Shown here one piece after another: positions 10,394-19,854 of a stretch of 64,000 nt of DNA. The DNA is taken from NCBI GenBank assembly GCA_963765675.1, contig CAVXXK010000004.1, forward strand, positions 192,001 to 256,000. The letters are read 5' to 3'. The translations under genes and the position numbers were made by a program. Position 1 is the first letter of the stretch. The number at the start of each line of letters is the position of its first letter. A model generated the notes under the pieces. That model saw nothing but the letters and a program-made list of their open reading frames with translations. It was not told the DNA's origin and did no database searches. The stretch is from an uncultured delta proteobacterium. GTDB lineage: Bacteria; Desulfobacterota; Binatia; Binatales; Binataceae.

Positions 10394-11323
10394 ATGGGAA
10401 TCAAAGTTCAAGATGTCGCGTTCGTTCGATTTCGCGCGCCCGACCTCGACGCTATGGAGGAGTTCCTGGTCGATTTCGGGATGGTGCGCGCGGACCGTAC
10501 GAAGGACGCTCTTTACATGCGCGGGACCGACGGTGATCCGTTCCTGCATGTGACGCATCGGGGCGAGGCAGGCTTCGCAGGGGTCGCTTTCGAGGCGGCG
10601 TCGCTCGCCGACCTCGAAACGATAGCGCACGCCGACGGCGCCGCAATAGAACCGCTCGAAGGGCCGGGGGGCGGTAAGGTCGTTAAGTTGACCGCGCCGG
10701 ACGGATTCGCGGTCGAAGTCGTCGCCGGGCGCGAGCAGACCGCGCCGATCGTCGTGCCGCGCATCGGGATCAGCAACAATTCATACGAAACTCTCCGGCT
10801 GAATGCGCTCAAGCGACTCGGGCACGGACCCGCGCACGTCAAGCGGCTCGGCCACTGCGTGTTCAACGTCAGCGACTTTCGCCAGACGGAAGCCTGGTAC
10901 AAAACACATTTCGGGTTGATTACTTCGGACGAGATTTTTCCCGACGACCAGCCTTCCGCCGTGTTTGGAGCGTTTCTGCGATGCGATCGCGGAGCCACCC
11001 CGAGCGACCATCACACGCTCTTTCTGATCGGGAGGGGCAAGCCCGCGTTCAATCACGCGGCCTTCGAAGTTGCGGACTACGACGACCTGATGAAAGGCAA
11101 CGCGTGGCTCGAAGCGAAGCAGCGGCGTCACCAGTGGGGCGTAGGACGTCACGTTCTGGGGAGCCAGATATTTGACTACTGGCGCGATCCGTGGGGACAT
11201 ACTGTCGAGCATTGGACCGACGGCGACCTGCTGAGTGCGGATTGGGGATCGCGCCGCACCTCTATGACCGAAATGATGGGCGTGCAGTGGGGACCGCCGC
11301 CCCCTCCAATGCGTGGCGATTGA
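10394..11323 (+). CDS. VOC family extradiol-dioxygenase-like protein
   Basis: RLGHCV, DHHT, FNHAAFEV, WGVGRHVLGSQIFDYWRDPWGHTVEH. Confidence 0.85.
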   Translation: MGIKVQDVAFVRFRAPDLDAMEEFLVDFGMVRADRTKDALYMRGTDGDPFLHVTHRGEAGFAGVAFEAASLADLETIAHADGAAIEPLEGPGGGKVVKLTAPDGFAVEVVAGREQTAPIVVPRIGISNNSYETLRLNALKRLGHGPAHVKRLGHCVFNVSDFRQTEAWYKTHFGLITSDEIFPDDQPSAVFGAFLRCDRGATPSDHHTLFLIGRGKPAFNHAAFEVADYDDLMKGNAWLEAKQRRHQWGVGRHVLGSQIFDYWRDPWGHTVEHWTDGDLLSADWGSRRTSMTEMMGVQWGPPPPPMRGD

Positions 11324-11361
11324 CTATTGCGAAAATAGCAGCGTACCTAGGAAGAGAACAA

Positions 11362-12225
11362 ATGAAACTGGTTACATACTCCCACGCAGGCACAACGAAA
11401 CTCGGCGTTGTCAAGAATGACGGAGTGATCGATCTGGGGAAGCATCTCGCGGGATTACCGAGCGGGATGATTGGCCTTATCACCGAATGGGATCGCATCG
11501 CTCCTCGCGTTCGCGAGCTGGCGGAGAAATTGCCCGCCGACGCGCCGCTCGCGTCGGTGCATCTGCTTGCGCCAGTTCCTCGTCCCGGCAAGATTTTCGC
11601 GATCGGACTGAACTACGCCGATCATATCAAGGAAAGCGGGCTGCCTACGCCGCAGCATCAGACCTGGTTCACGAAGGCGGTGACCTCGATCAACGGACCG
11701 TATGATCCGATACTGCTGCCTAGAGCCTCGAAGCTGATCGACTACGAAGCGGAGCTGGTCGTGGTCATCGGCAAGCATTGCAAGCACGTCTCAAGAGAAC
11801 GCGCGGCCGAAGTGGTGTTTGGCTACATGGCCGGCAACGACGTGTCGGTGCGCGACTGGCAGATGCGCAGCGGGCAATGGTCCATCGGTAAATCATTCGA
11901 CACGCATGCGCCGATCGGCCCGTGGATCGTCACGGCCGATGAGCTGGGCGATCCGCATACCCTCGGCATCCGATGCCTGGTCAACGGCGAGGTGCGGCAG
12001 AACTCGAACACGAAGAACCTGGTCTTTGGCGTGTTCGACGAGATCGCGCATTTGACCCAGGCAATGACGCTCGAGCCGGGCGACATCCTCTTCACCGGCA
12101 CGCCGGGCGGAGTCGGCGCGGCGTCAAAACCGCCGCGATGGCTGGTGGAGGGCGACAAGGTGCGCGTCGAAATCGATCGAATCGGCGCGCTCGAAGCGAC
12201 GATGAAGGCCGAGGCCGCCGGTTGA
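11362..12225 (+). CDS. Fumarylacetoacetate hydrolase family protein
   Basis: Start MKLVTY; IGLNYADH, DYEAEL, NDVSVRDWQ, GKSFDT, TGTPGGVG. Confidence 0.92.
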   Translation: MKLVTYSHAGTTKLGVVKNDGVIDLGKHLAGLPSGMIGLITEWDRIAPRVRELAEKLPADAPLASVHLLAPVPRPGKIFAIGLNYADHIKESGLPTPQHQTWFTKAVTSINGPYDPILLPRASKLIDYEAELVVVIGKHCKHVSRERAAEVVFGYMAGNDVSVRDWQMRSGQWSIGKSFDTHAPIGPWIVTADELGDPHTLGIRCLVNGEVRQNSNTKNLVFGVFDEIAHLTQAMTLEPGDILFTGTPGGVGAASKPPRWLVEGDKVRVEIDRIGALEATMKAEAAG

Positions 12226-12235
12226 TCGCGGCGAT

Positions 12236-13009
12236 CTAAGTTCCGTAGTTGTAGCCGGGCCTGTCCAGAGCGACAAAGCCGCCTTTACGGTCAAACGCTT
12301 CGCGGTCGTAAACCACGCAGAACGTGCGATGCTGCCGATCGCCGAAGTCGTCATCGTATAGGACGACTCCTCTGAGATAGAAGATCGCGGCGCCGCTGCG
12401 AAGGTCTTCGAAGTGCCGCTTAGTCAGTTCCGCAAATGGGAATGTCTCAGCGCGGCGTGCACCCGGTTCGAGCACGCAATACTCAGTTAACTCGCCGCCT
12501 GGTATTTGAGTAGTACTCGCCGATGGTAGCGCGGGAGCCATCGCGGCCTCGAGCGTCAGACCTCTGACGACGACCCGGGTCTTGCCCCAGTTGCGCAGCG
12601 TAAATGGAATCTCGATCGGTGCGTTAGTTGCGTTCCCAGGTAGCGAGACCGGACTATCGAAATCGACGGCAACGACGCCGCGGCGGCCTCCGCTACGATC
12701 AATCCGAACAGGTGAGTCGGTGACGATCGCCTTTCCATCGGTGATAGCCCGTATCGAATGCGCGGCATTTGGTGGAACGATTGCGACCAGGCCGGGCGTC
12801 GCCATGATCGTATCGCCGCCAACCGTCACCTGCAGTTCGCCTTCGAGAACAGTCCACACTTCCTCATTGGAGTGGCAATGCTCATGGATCGCCGCACCCG
12901 CGGTGAAAGTGAAATGAGCAAAGGTCATCTTCTCACTGCTGAAAGTGCGATCCTTCCATCCAGGAAGACGCTCGCCAACTCCTAGTGCGCTCGTGTCGAC
13001 AACCGACAT
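12236..13009 (-). CDS. Cupin-domain protein with uncharacterised C-terminal domain
   Basis: HEHCHSNEE...LEGEL and VPPNAAHS cupin motifs in the first ~100 aa. Confidence 0.7.
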   Translation of the reverse strand: MSVVDTSALGVGERLPGWKDRTFSSEKMTFAHFTFTAGAAIHEHCHSNEEVWTVLEGELQVTVGGDTIMATPGLVAIVPPNAAHSIRAITDGKAIVTDSPVRIDRSGGRRGVVAVDFDSPVSLPGNATNAPIEIPFTLRNWGKTRVVVRGLTLEAAMAPALPSASTTQIPGGELTEYCVLEPGARRAETFPFAELTKRHFEDLRSGAAIFYLRGVVLYDDDFGDRQHRTFCVVYDREAFDRKGGFVALDRPGYNYGT

Positions 13010-13073
13010 GGGATTCCTCCGCCTAACCTAAAGACTCGACTCTATTACTCATTTAAATGCATTTTAGATCAAC

Positions 13074-13835
13074 TCACCTTGCTTCCGCGCGACCGGATTC
13101 TTCCCAGAGCTTGATTCCGCCGAGCAGGCCCTCGAGATTACTTACTATCTTGACGTTCGCGGGGAGCTTTATCGTGATGTGCCTGGCGTTGCCGCCTCCG
13201 ATATAGAGCCGATCATAGTTGAACATCCGCGCCAGATCGCCGATCGCCTCGGCGAGCAGCTTGTTCCATTTCTTTTTGCCTTTCTTCTTGAACGCCTTGT
13301 CGCCCAACTCGTCCTCGTAGGTCTTGCCCTTGTGAAAAGGATGATGCCCCGCTTCGAGATGGATTCGGTGCCCGTCGACGAAAATCACCGAGCCGACTCC
13401 GGTGCCAAGCGTGATTACCAGCTCGACGCCCTTGCCGCTCACGCTGCCGAGGCCCTGCACGTCGGCATCGTTGGCGACACGCACGGGCGCGCGCAGCTTC
13501 TTGCGCAGGCCCTCGGCGAGCTTGAACCCCTTCCATCCTTTGCCGAGGTTGGCGGCGGTGTAGATTACGCCGTCCTTAACCACGCCCGGAAATCCCACGG
13601 AGACGCGATCGAACGACGCGCACATCTTGCCGAGCTTTTTCACGATTGCGATCACTTCGCGCGGCGTCGCCTGCTTCGGAGTAGGGATCCGCTGCCGCTC
13701 GTTCACAGGCTTGCCGCGAGCGTCGAGGGTTTCGGCCTTTATTCCGGTACCGCCGATATCGACCGCGAGCGTGCGCATGCCGGCTGCGATCCTGGTTCCA
13801 GATTGAGCGGCTGAGGATTTCTTGGTGGACGGCAT
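13074..13835 (-). CDS. ROK family sugar kinase, polyphosphate glucokinase-like
   Basis: VDIGGTGIK, VGFPGVV, VANDADVQG, ITLGTGVGS, LEAGH. Confidence 0.82.
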   Translation of the reverse strand: MPSTKKSSAAQSGTRIAAGMRTLAVDIGGTGIKAETLDARGKPVNERQRIPTPKQATPREVIAIVKKLGKMCASFDRVSVGFPGVVKDGVIYTAANLGKGWKGFKLAEGLRKKLRAPVRVANDADVQGLGSVSGKGVELVITLGTGVGSVIFVDGHRIHLEAGHHPFHKGKTYEDELGDKAFKKKGKKKWNKLLAEAIGDLARMFNYDRLYIGGGNARHITIKLPANVKIVSNLEGLLGGIKLWEESGRAEAR

Positions 13836-13885
13836 CAGGTGCTCTTCCTACCTCAAGGCTAGTCAGTTCGCCAAGTTCAGAATAA

Positions 13886-15949
13886 CTAATCGCGCTCGGC
13901 CAGCACCAGCGCGCCCGGGCGGCGCTGGGTGCGGGTATCGACCCGGAGCTTGCGCGCCTGTTCGTTGAAGAGCTGCGCGTACACGCTGGCGTTGCGCAAA
14001 AGCTCCGCGTGGGTACCCATCTCGACCAACTTACCCTGGTCCAGCACGACGATCACGTCGGAGTCCACCGCGCTTGCGAGCCGGTGTGCGATCAGGAACG
14101 AGGTGCGCCCCTTCATCAGTCGGCGCACGGCATCGTGGATCAGATTTTCGACCTCGGAATCGAGGCCCGAGGTCGCCTCGTCGAGAATCAGGATCGGGGG
14201 ATTTTTCAGGAACACGCGCGCGAGCGCAAGCCGCTGGCGCTGGCCGGTCGAAGGACGAACTCCCCCTTCGCCGATCACCGTGTCGAGCTTGTCGGGCAGA
14301 GACTCGACGAACTCGCGGATATTGGCCTGCTCGAGCGCGCGCCACACCTCGGCGTCGTTCGCCGAAGGACGGCCGTAGAGAACATTTTCGCGAATCGAGG
14401 CGCTGAACAGCACCGCGTCCTGCGGCACGATCCCGATCGAATCGCGCAGCGACTTGAGCGTCACCGTCGAGATATCGACGCCGTCGATCTCGATCCGGCC
14501 CGCCGACGCTTCGTAGAAACGCGGCAGCAGCCCCGCGAGCGTCGTTTTGCCCGCTCCCGAGCGTCCGACCAACGCGACTGTGGTGCCAGCGGCCACGCGC
14601 AGGTTGATGTCGTGCAGGACGGTGCGCGGCGCGCCGCCTTCGTAGGGCTGATAGGCGAAAGTCAGATGATCGATCAACACGTCGCCGCGGCCGACGGTCA
14701 GGGTTTTTGCGCCCGGCGGATCTTTCACTTCGGGAGTCTCGTCGAAGAATTTGAAGATACGCTCGATCGCGGCGAGCGAGGTCGCGACGATAATCGACAG
14801 CTCCGAGTAGCGCTGCAGCGGCAGATACAGCGAGCCGAGAAATCCGAAGAACGCCACCATCGTTCCGACCGTCATGTGGTGGTGCAGGATGAAGATCGCG
14901 CCCGCCCAGATGACAATCAGCGGTGCGCAACGGCCGATTAACTCGCCGAACATCTGGTGGGTCGAGGCAAGCCGGACGTTGCGAATCGTAAGATCGTAGA
15001 GCTCGGTGGTGCGGTTGTAGAACCGATGCGCCTCTTCTTTTTCGCGCGCGAATGATTTCACCGTCGCCACGCCGGCGACCCGTTCCTGCAGCTCGCCGGA
15101 AAATTCCTCTAGAGTTTCCTGCAAGTCGTGGCTCGCCTCCTTGATGCGCGGGGAGAGGAGGCGGATCACGGCGACGTAAAACGGCACGATGATGAGCGAG
15201 ATCCAGGCCAGGCGCACGTCCAGCTTGAACATCAAGTAGAGCACCGCGCCCAGCGACGCCGCGTCCATCCAGGTGTTGATCATCCCGGAGCCGACGAAGT
15301 TTTGCGCGCTCGCGATATCCGAGATGAAGCGCGAGACGATTCCCCCTGACGCGTTGCGGTCGAAAAACGAATGCGACAGGCGCTGCATGTGGATGAACAG
15401 CGCGTAGCGCAGATCGAAAATCAGACGATGACCCGCCATGCTCGCCCAGTAGTTGCGGAAGTAGGTCGCGATCGCCTGCACCAAGAAGATCACGAACATC
15501 GCGGCAGTCAGCGCTTCGAGCTTGGGAATCGCGCCGGTCCCAAGATGCAGCACCGCGGCAAAACTGACGCATCCGCGGTCGATCAAGCTGTTGATGTGAT
15601 CCATCTTCGGCTGCGGAACCAGCAGCACGTCGATCACGTATTTGAACGCGAGCGGAAACATCAACGGCAACGTGAACTTCAGCACGCCCATCATCGCGCC
15701 GCCCGCGACCAGCCACGCATGCGGACGCACGTAGCTCAAGAATCGCCACAGGGGAGTGTTGGGAAACAGGCGCCCTATTCGCCCGCGCCGCGCGCTATCC
15801 TTGGCAGATCGCGGCGCAGGAGCAAGCTCACGCAGGGCCGCCTCGACGGCGGCGGGTCCGTCAGGGTCGTCGGCGGATTCGTCCGGCAAATCGGAACTAT
15901 CCGGCGCCGCCCCGCCGGTCGGGGATGCTGGAATTGATTTGTCAGGCAT
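13886..15949 (-). CDS. ABC exporter, fused permease/ATPase (Sav1866/MsbA-like)
   Basis: N-terminal TM domain; Walker A GRSGAGKT; signature-like PSTGQRQR; ILDEATS; AHRL. Confidence 0.92.
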   Translation of the reverse strand: MPDKSIPASPTGGAAPDSSDLPDESADDPDGPAAVEAALRELAPAPRSAKDSARRGRIGRLFPNTPLWRFLSYVRPHAWLVAGGAMMGVLKFTLPLMFPLAFKYVIDVLLVPQPKMDHINSLIDRGCVSFAAVLHLGTGAIPKLEALTAAMFVIFLVQAIATYFRNYWASMAGHRLIFDLRYALFIHMQRLSHSFFDRNASGGIVSRFISDIASAQNFVGSGMINTWMDAASLGAVLYLMFKLDVRLAWISLIIVPFYVAVIRLLSPRIKEASHDLQETLEEFSGELQERVAGVATVKSFAREKEEAHRFYNRTTELYDLTIRNVRLASTHQMFGELIGRCAPLIVIWAGAIFILHHHMTVGTMVAFFGFLGSLYLPLQRYSELSIIVATSLAAIERIFKFFDETPEVKDPPGAKTLTVGRGDVLIDHLTFAYQPYEGGAPRTVLHDINLRVAAGTTVALVGRSGAGKTTLAGLLPRFYEASAGRIEIDGVDISTVTLKSLRDSIGIVPQDAVLFSASIRENVLYGRPSANDAEVWRALEQANIREFVESLPDKLDTVIGEGGVRPSTGQRQRLALARVFLKNPPILILDEATSGLDSEVENLIHDAVRRLMKGRTSFLIAHRLASAVDSDVIVVLDQGKLVEMGTHAELLRNASVYAQLFNEQARKLRVDTRTQRRPGALVLAERD

Positions 15950-16135
15950 GGCGACCAGAGTAGCAGCGCCGCAAAGACGAAAAAAGAACGAGGGCTCAGC
16001 GGTTCGTCGAGAATGGCGGGATGGTCGCGATCTGCTGACCCAGAATCGTGTAAAATCAAATACTTAGTGGCTTCGTTTGGTCAGTTTCCGCTGTCTGATT
16101 CCTCTCCAGTTTCTCCATGGAAGCGGATCCGACGC

Positions 16136-17248
16136 CTACGCGGTGATTCTTTCTACCACCTGGGCGATTCGGCTGCGCTTGCGGCTATGATTCAGGCCAG
16201 CCGCTTCCAGGCGCTCCAGATATTCGTGCGAGACCAGGCGCATAAATTTGGCCGCGGCTTCCCGGCCAGCTTTAACCTGATGTTGCTCCAAGCCGCCGCC
16301 GGAAATTATGATCAATGGCTCAAGCAGCTCGGGGCTGCCCAAAAGCGCGAGCATCACATGCTCGCTCTCATCGACATATTCCTGCATCGCGGAGTGCTCG
16401 CCCGGGCGATGCTTCAGAAAGTAGCGTAGCTGTCCCGAGCCATAGGCGGTCTGGCGCGCGGTATCCTGCATCGCATAGCCCATCAGCGCGCGATCGGTCT
16501 TGCTCGGTGCGAACGCGGCCACGTGGCGGCAGATCGCGAGTACTATCCCGCCAAGCGACAGGTTAATCGAGAGCGAGCCCTTCGGATACGAGTCGGCCCA
16601 CAGCCATTCCTTCAGGCCTTGCTCGCCCGAGACGCTGGCGCGTCCGAGTCCGCCGCCACCGTAGAGCGCGCGCTTGCGGAACGCCTCGTTGAGGCGCGCC
16701 CAATTGAACATCTGCGCGCACATCCAGCTTTTCTGCTCGATGAAATCCTGATTGACCAGCGGAACCCATCGCGACGCGAAATCCATGGAGACCAGCGAGC
16801 ACTCCTGCAGGAAAGTGCAGAGCTGAGCGACCGCGGCCTCGAGCGGCGGATGCAGCGGATTCTTTTCGAGCAGGCTCCATGGAACGTCCACGGCCGGCGT
16901 CCAGCGGCGCGCCTTGTCTTCCTCGTACAGCTCGGTGACGTTGTCGGACCAGACGTCGGACTTGCGGTTGACGACATAGCCCATGTCGGGCAGGTTGCCC
17001 CACTTCTCACTGCCGCGCGCGACCATCGATTGGCTGGTGCGCACGTTCTCGGGGATGTCGGTGTAGCCGTAGCTGCCGAGATCGAGATCCTGGTAGGTCA
17101 GGCCGCGGCGAGGATCGGAGGGCTTGCCTTTGACTTTTTCGGTTTTCGCGTCATACCAGAACAGCGTCAAATTTCCCGCCATCACCTGGTTGGCGGCTTC
17201 GAGCACCGTCTCATCGACCGTGTAGTCCTTGTCGGCGTAAAATGCCAC
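16136..17248 (-). CDS. Ferritin-like diiron-protein paralog with degenerate metal ligands (putative beta/structural subunit)
   Basis: Colinear with the upstream ORF (PRRGLTYxDxDLGSYGxTDxPE, EAFRKRAL) but DEARH motifs replaced by NWARL and DTARQ. Confidence 0.75.
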   Translation of the reverse strand: MAFYADKDYTVDETVLEAANQVMAGNLTLFWYDAKTEKVKGKPSDPRRGLTYQDLDLGSYGYTDIPENVRTSQSMVARGSEKWGNLPDMGYVVNRKSDVWSDNVTELYEEDKARRWTPAVDVPWSLLEKNPLHPPLEAAVAQLCTFLQECSLVSMDFASRWVPLVNQDFIEQKSWMCAQMFNWARLNEAFRKRALYGGGGLGRASVSGEQGLKEWLWADSYPKGSLSINLSLGGIVLAICRHVAAFAPSKTDRALMGYAMQDTARQTAYGSGQLRYFLKHRPGEHSAMQEYVDESEHVMLALLGSPELLEPLIIISGGGLEQHQVKAGREAAAKFMRLVSHEYLERLEAAGLNHSRKRSRIAQVVERITA

Positions 17249-17259
17249 GTGGATAAACC

Positions 17260-18402
17260 TCAGAGCTTGATTCCGGCCGCTTCGGCCGCTGCCCTGCCCA
17301 TTTCATACATCTGGAAAAGCTTCGAGCGTCCCTTGCGTTCCGGCATTCCGCATTTATCCAGCCGCTCGAAATGCTCTTCCATCTGCTTCAGATTGAACTT
17401 GGTGGTGATCTTGATGCCTTCCTCGATGTTCTCTCTCTTGAGCCCGCCACCCGCCAGGATGATGAACGACTCGGTCAGCTCGGTCGCGGCCGAGCCGGCG
17501 AACGAGATGTTCTCGGCTTCATCGAGATGCGCATGCAGCACCTCGCGCTTTTCGGGAAAGTTCTCGAGAACGTATTTGAAATGCTGCATTCCGTAACCGA
17601 CGTGACGCGCTTCATCCTGCATCACAAGGCGGAAGATGCGCTTGTCCACGTCGGTCGGCGACAGATACTCGCTGAAGCGGAACAGCGTCAGCACGTTGCC
17701 CTCGGCCACCAGGTGCAGCGCCACCGACATCTCGCTGAACGAGTCGGCGTCGCGCAGATGCTTCAGCGCCATCTCGTTGACGGGGCTCGCCTTCATGAGG
17801 CCCCATCCTGTCGTCAGCGCACGCTTGCGAAACGCCTCGGTGTGGCGCGCTTCGTCCGACGCCTGCGTGGCGATAAACGCCTTGACCTCGATAAAATCCG
17901 GATTGAGCCGCGGCAGCCACATCGCCGGCGTATCGGTCGCGATCATCTCGACTTCGGTCAGGAAGGTCATGAGCTGCGAGAGCGCCTTGCCGATCGTTTC
18001 CGGCAGCTCGACGCCGTCGAGTCGCTCCCATGGGATGTCCGTGGTGACGTTCCATTGGCGGCTGACCGCTTCTTCGTAATAGCTTTCGGTGTTGAAGGCC
18101 CAGACCTCGCTCTTGCGCGAGACCCACGGCTGCGCGTCAGGAACGCCTGCCGGAATCTCCGCACCGCGCGGAGCGTAGGAGCGGTTACCGCGGACCTTTT
18201 CGGGCACATCGGTAAAGCCGTAGCTGCCGAGGTCGATGTCACGATAGGTCAGTCCCCGGCGCGGGTTGGCTTCATGTGGCTTGATCTTTTCGGTCGCGGC
18301 CTTCATCCAGGACAGATCCATCTCTCCGGTGCGGATCGTGTAGAGCCACTTGTCGATGAAGTCCTTGTCTTCGAGATAATTGGTGGTTGAAAGATAAGCC
18401 AT
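17260..18402 (-). CDS. Ferritin-like diiron carboxylate protein (putative oxygenase catalytic subunit)
   Basis: Full ligand set: FLTEVE, SDEARH, VAEG, QDEARH. Confidence 0.85.
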   Translation of the reverse strand: MAYLSTTNYLEDKDFIDKWLYTIRTGEMDLSWMKAATEKIKPHEANPRRGLTYRDIDLGSYGFTDVPEKVRGNRSYAPRGAEIPAGVPDAQPWVSRKSEVWAFNTESYYEEAVSRQWNVTTDIPWERLDGVELPETIGKALSQLMTFLTEVEMIATDTPAMWLPRLNPDFIEVKAFIATQASDEARHTEAFRKRALTTGWGLMKASPVNEMALKHLRDADSFSEMSVALHLVAEGNVLTLFRFSEYLSPTDVDKRIFRLVMQDEARHVGYGMQHFKYVLENFPEKREVLHAHLDEAENISFAGSAATELTESFIILAGGGLKRENIEEGIKITTKFNLKQMEEHFERLDKCGMPERKGRSKLFQMYEMGRAAAEAAGIKL

Positions 18403-18441
18403 GTTAACCGCGCCTCCGGGCAGGGTTTGCGACTTTGACGC

Positions 18442-18882
18442 TCAATTGAAGCTGACTTCGACCTGACTCGAGAGGTCGAAAAATTTCTGGATCGACTCCA
18501 TGAAACGGTAGAGCTTGTCGTGCCCGTCGGGGTCGTCATAGACGATCTTCAACTGCTCGCCGAAATGCGCGAGCGTGTTCAGATCGTGCGAAGAGTCGGC
18601 CTCGCCGTGGCGATGGATATTCTCGATCATCTCGCGCCAGATTTTGGCGTCGCCTTCGATCATGAAATCGACCTTCTTCAGATCGATCGCGTCAACCTCA
18701 TGCACATTCTTGAGATCGAAGACCTCGAACTCGAGCACGAAGTTGCGCGCCTTCCCGTTTTGTCCAACGCGAACGCCGAAGGTGGTGTCGATAAAGCCGA
18801 GGCGGCGAAACTTTTCCTGCTGCGCCGTCATCTTGCCCTTAAGGGCCTCGAAATAGTCGGTCGAAGGAAAGCTGATTGGCAT
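18442..18882 (-). CDS. SCP2/sterol-carrier-like small protein
   Basis: N-terminal FPSTDYFEAL (resembles FPSxEW), DFMIEGDAKIWREM pattern; likely start MPISFPS. Confidence 0.55.
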   Translation of the reverse strand: MPISFPSTDYFEALKGKMTAQQEKFRRLGFIDTTFGVRVGQNGKARNFVLEFEVFDLKNVHEVDAIDLKKVDFMIEGDAKIWREMIENIHRHGEADSSHDLNTLAHFGEQLKIVYDDPDGHDKLYRFMESIQKFFDLSSQVEVSFN

Positions 18883-19042
18883 TTGGATAGTCGTCCCTAC
18901 GGTATTGCGGCGAGAATTATCTGTCACCGATGTTACGGTCAAAGAAGCGATAGTTGCAAGCTCGCCGCGAGCTACCGATTAAACGGTCGGTAGGTTTTGC
19001 CGTGCGTTTCTGGCGAGTTGTGATGCCCATTTTTGGCGATGC

Positions 19043-19741
19043 TCACTTCTGCTTTCGCGACGCGGTTTTCGCGGGCTCGCTGAGGGTGCGGCCGAGCGAC
19101 TCGATCACGCGCAGAATCTCGTCTACACGGTCGAAATCGCCGATACTCTTTTCAAGCGCCATCGAGCCAAAAATAAAAAAGATCGTCCATGAGATCAGCT
19201 CGAAGCGCTGGCGCATTTCGGGCGCGGGCTTGAAGATCTGCTGAAGCGCGCGATGCAGGTAGTCGTTGGTGCGCTTGTTGAGCGCGCTGACCGACTTGTG
19301 CAGCGCAGGGTCGGTGCGGGCGGCGACCGCGAGCTCGAGCCAGGCGAAAAACAGCGGACCGTTCCATGCCTCCCAGAACGCCGCCATAGCCGCGGTCCAC
19401 AGGTCCGCGCCCTTGGGCAGGCCCGCGACGGTCTGCTGGAACTCGGCGATGCGCAGCTCGATCAGGTACTCGACCGCGCTGGTCAGAAGCGCATCCTTCT
19501 TCGGGAAATGATAAAGCTGCGAGCCGCGCGAAAGGCCCGCGCGACTGGCGATTTCGAGCGTGGTGGTATTCGAGTAGCCGCGATCGATCAGGCATGACAG
19601 GGCCGCGTCGAGCACGCGGCGGCGCGACTCGGCGGCTTTCTCTGCCTGGGTCAAGCGCTGTTCCGGACGCGCGCGGTATTTGAAGCGCGGAGGGTCGGCG
19701 CCAAGTTCAGATGTCGGCCGCGCGGAAACTCTGGAAGCCAT
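19043..19741 (-). CDS. TetR/AcrR family transcriptional regulator
   Basis: SRRRVLDAA...GYSNTTTLEIASRAGLSRGSQLYHFPKK HTH. Confidence 0.92.
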   Translation of the reverse strand: MASRVSARPTSELGADPPRFKYRARPEQRLTQAEKAAESRRRVLDAALSCLIDRGYSNTTTLEIASRAGLSRGSQLYHFPKKDALLTSAVEYLIELRIAEFQQTVAGLPKGADLWTAAMAAFWEAWNGPLFFAWLELAVAARTDPALHKSVSALNKRTNDYLHRALQQIFKPAPEMRQRFELISWTIFFIFGSMALEKSIGDFDRVDEILRVIESLGRTLSEPAKTASRKQK

Positions 19742-19854
19742 GATAATTTTGCGCAGGTAATTCGCCGATCTGACATGCCCCCCTACCGTGGTGAATAGCG
19801 CAGCCCGACAAAACCGTCAAGTGTGCTTAAACCGGACGCGATGTCCGTTTTGAG

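Noticed and set aside
14031-15749. 572-aa Arg-rich ORF and similar long overlapping ORFs (e.g. 53399..54808, 55809..56933, 35158..36249)
   Set aside because: Shadow frames of real genes in high-GC DNA, with no motifs.
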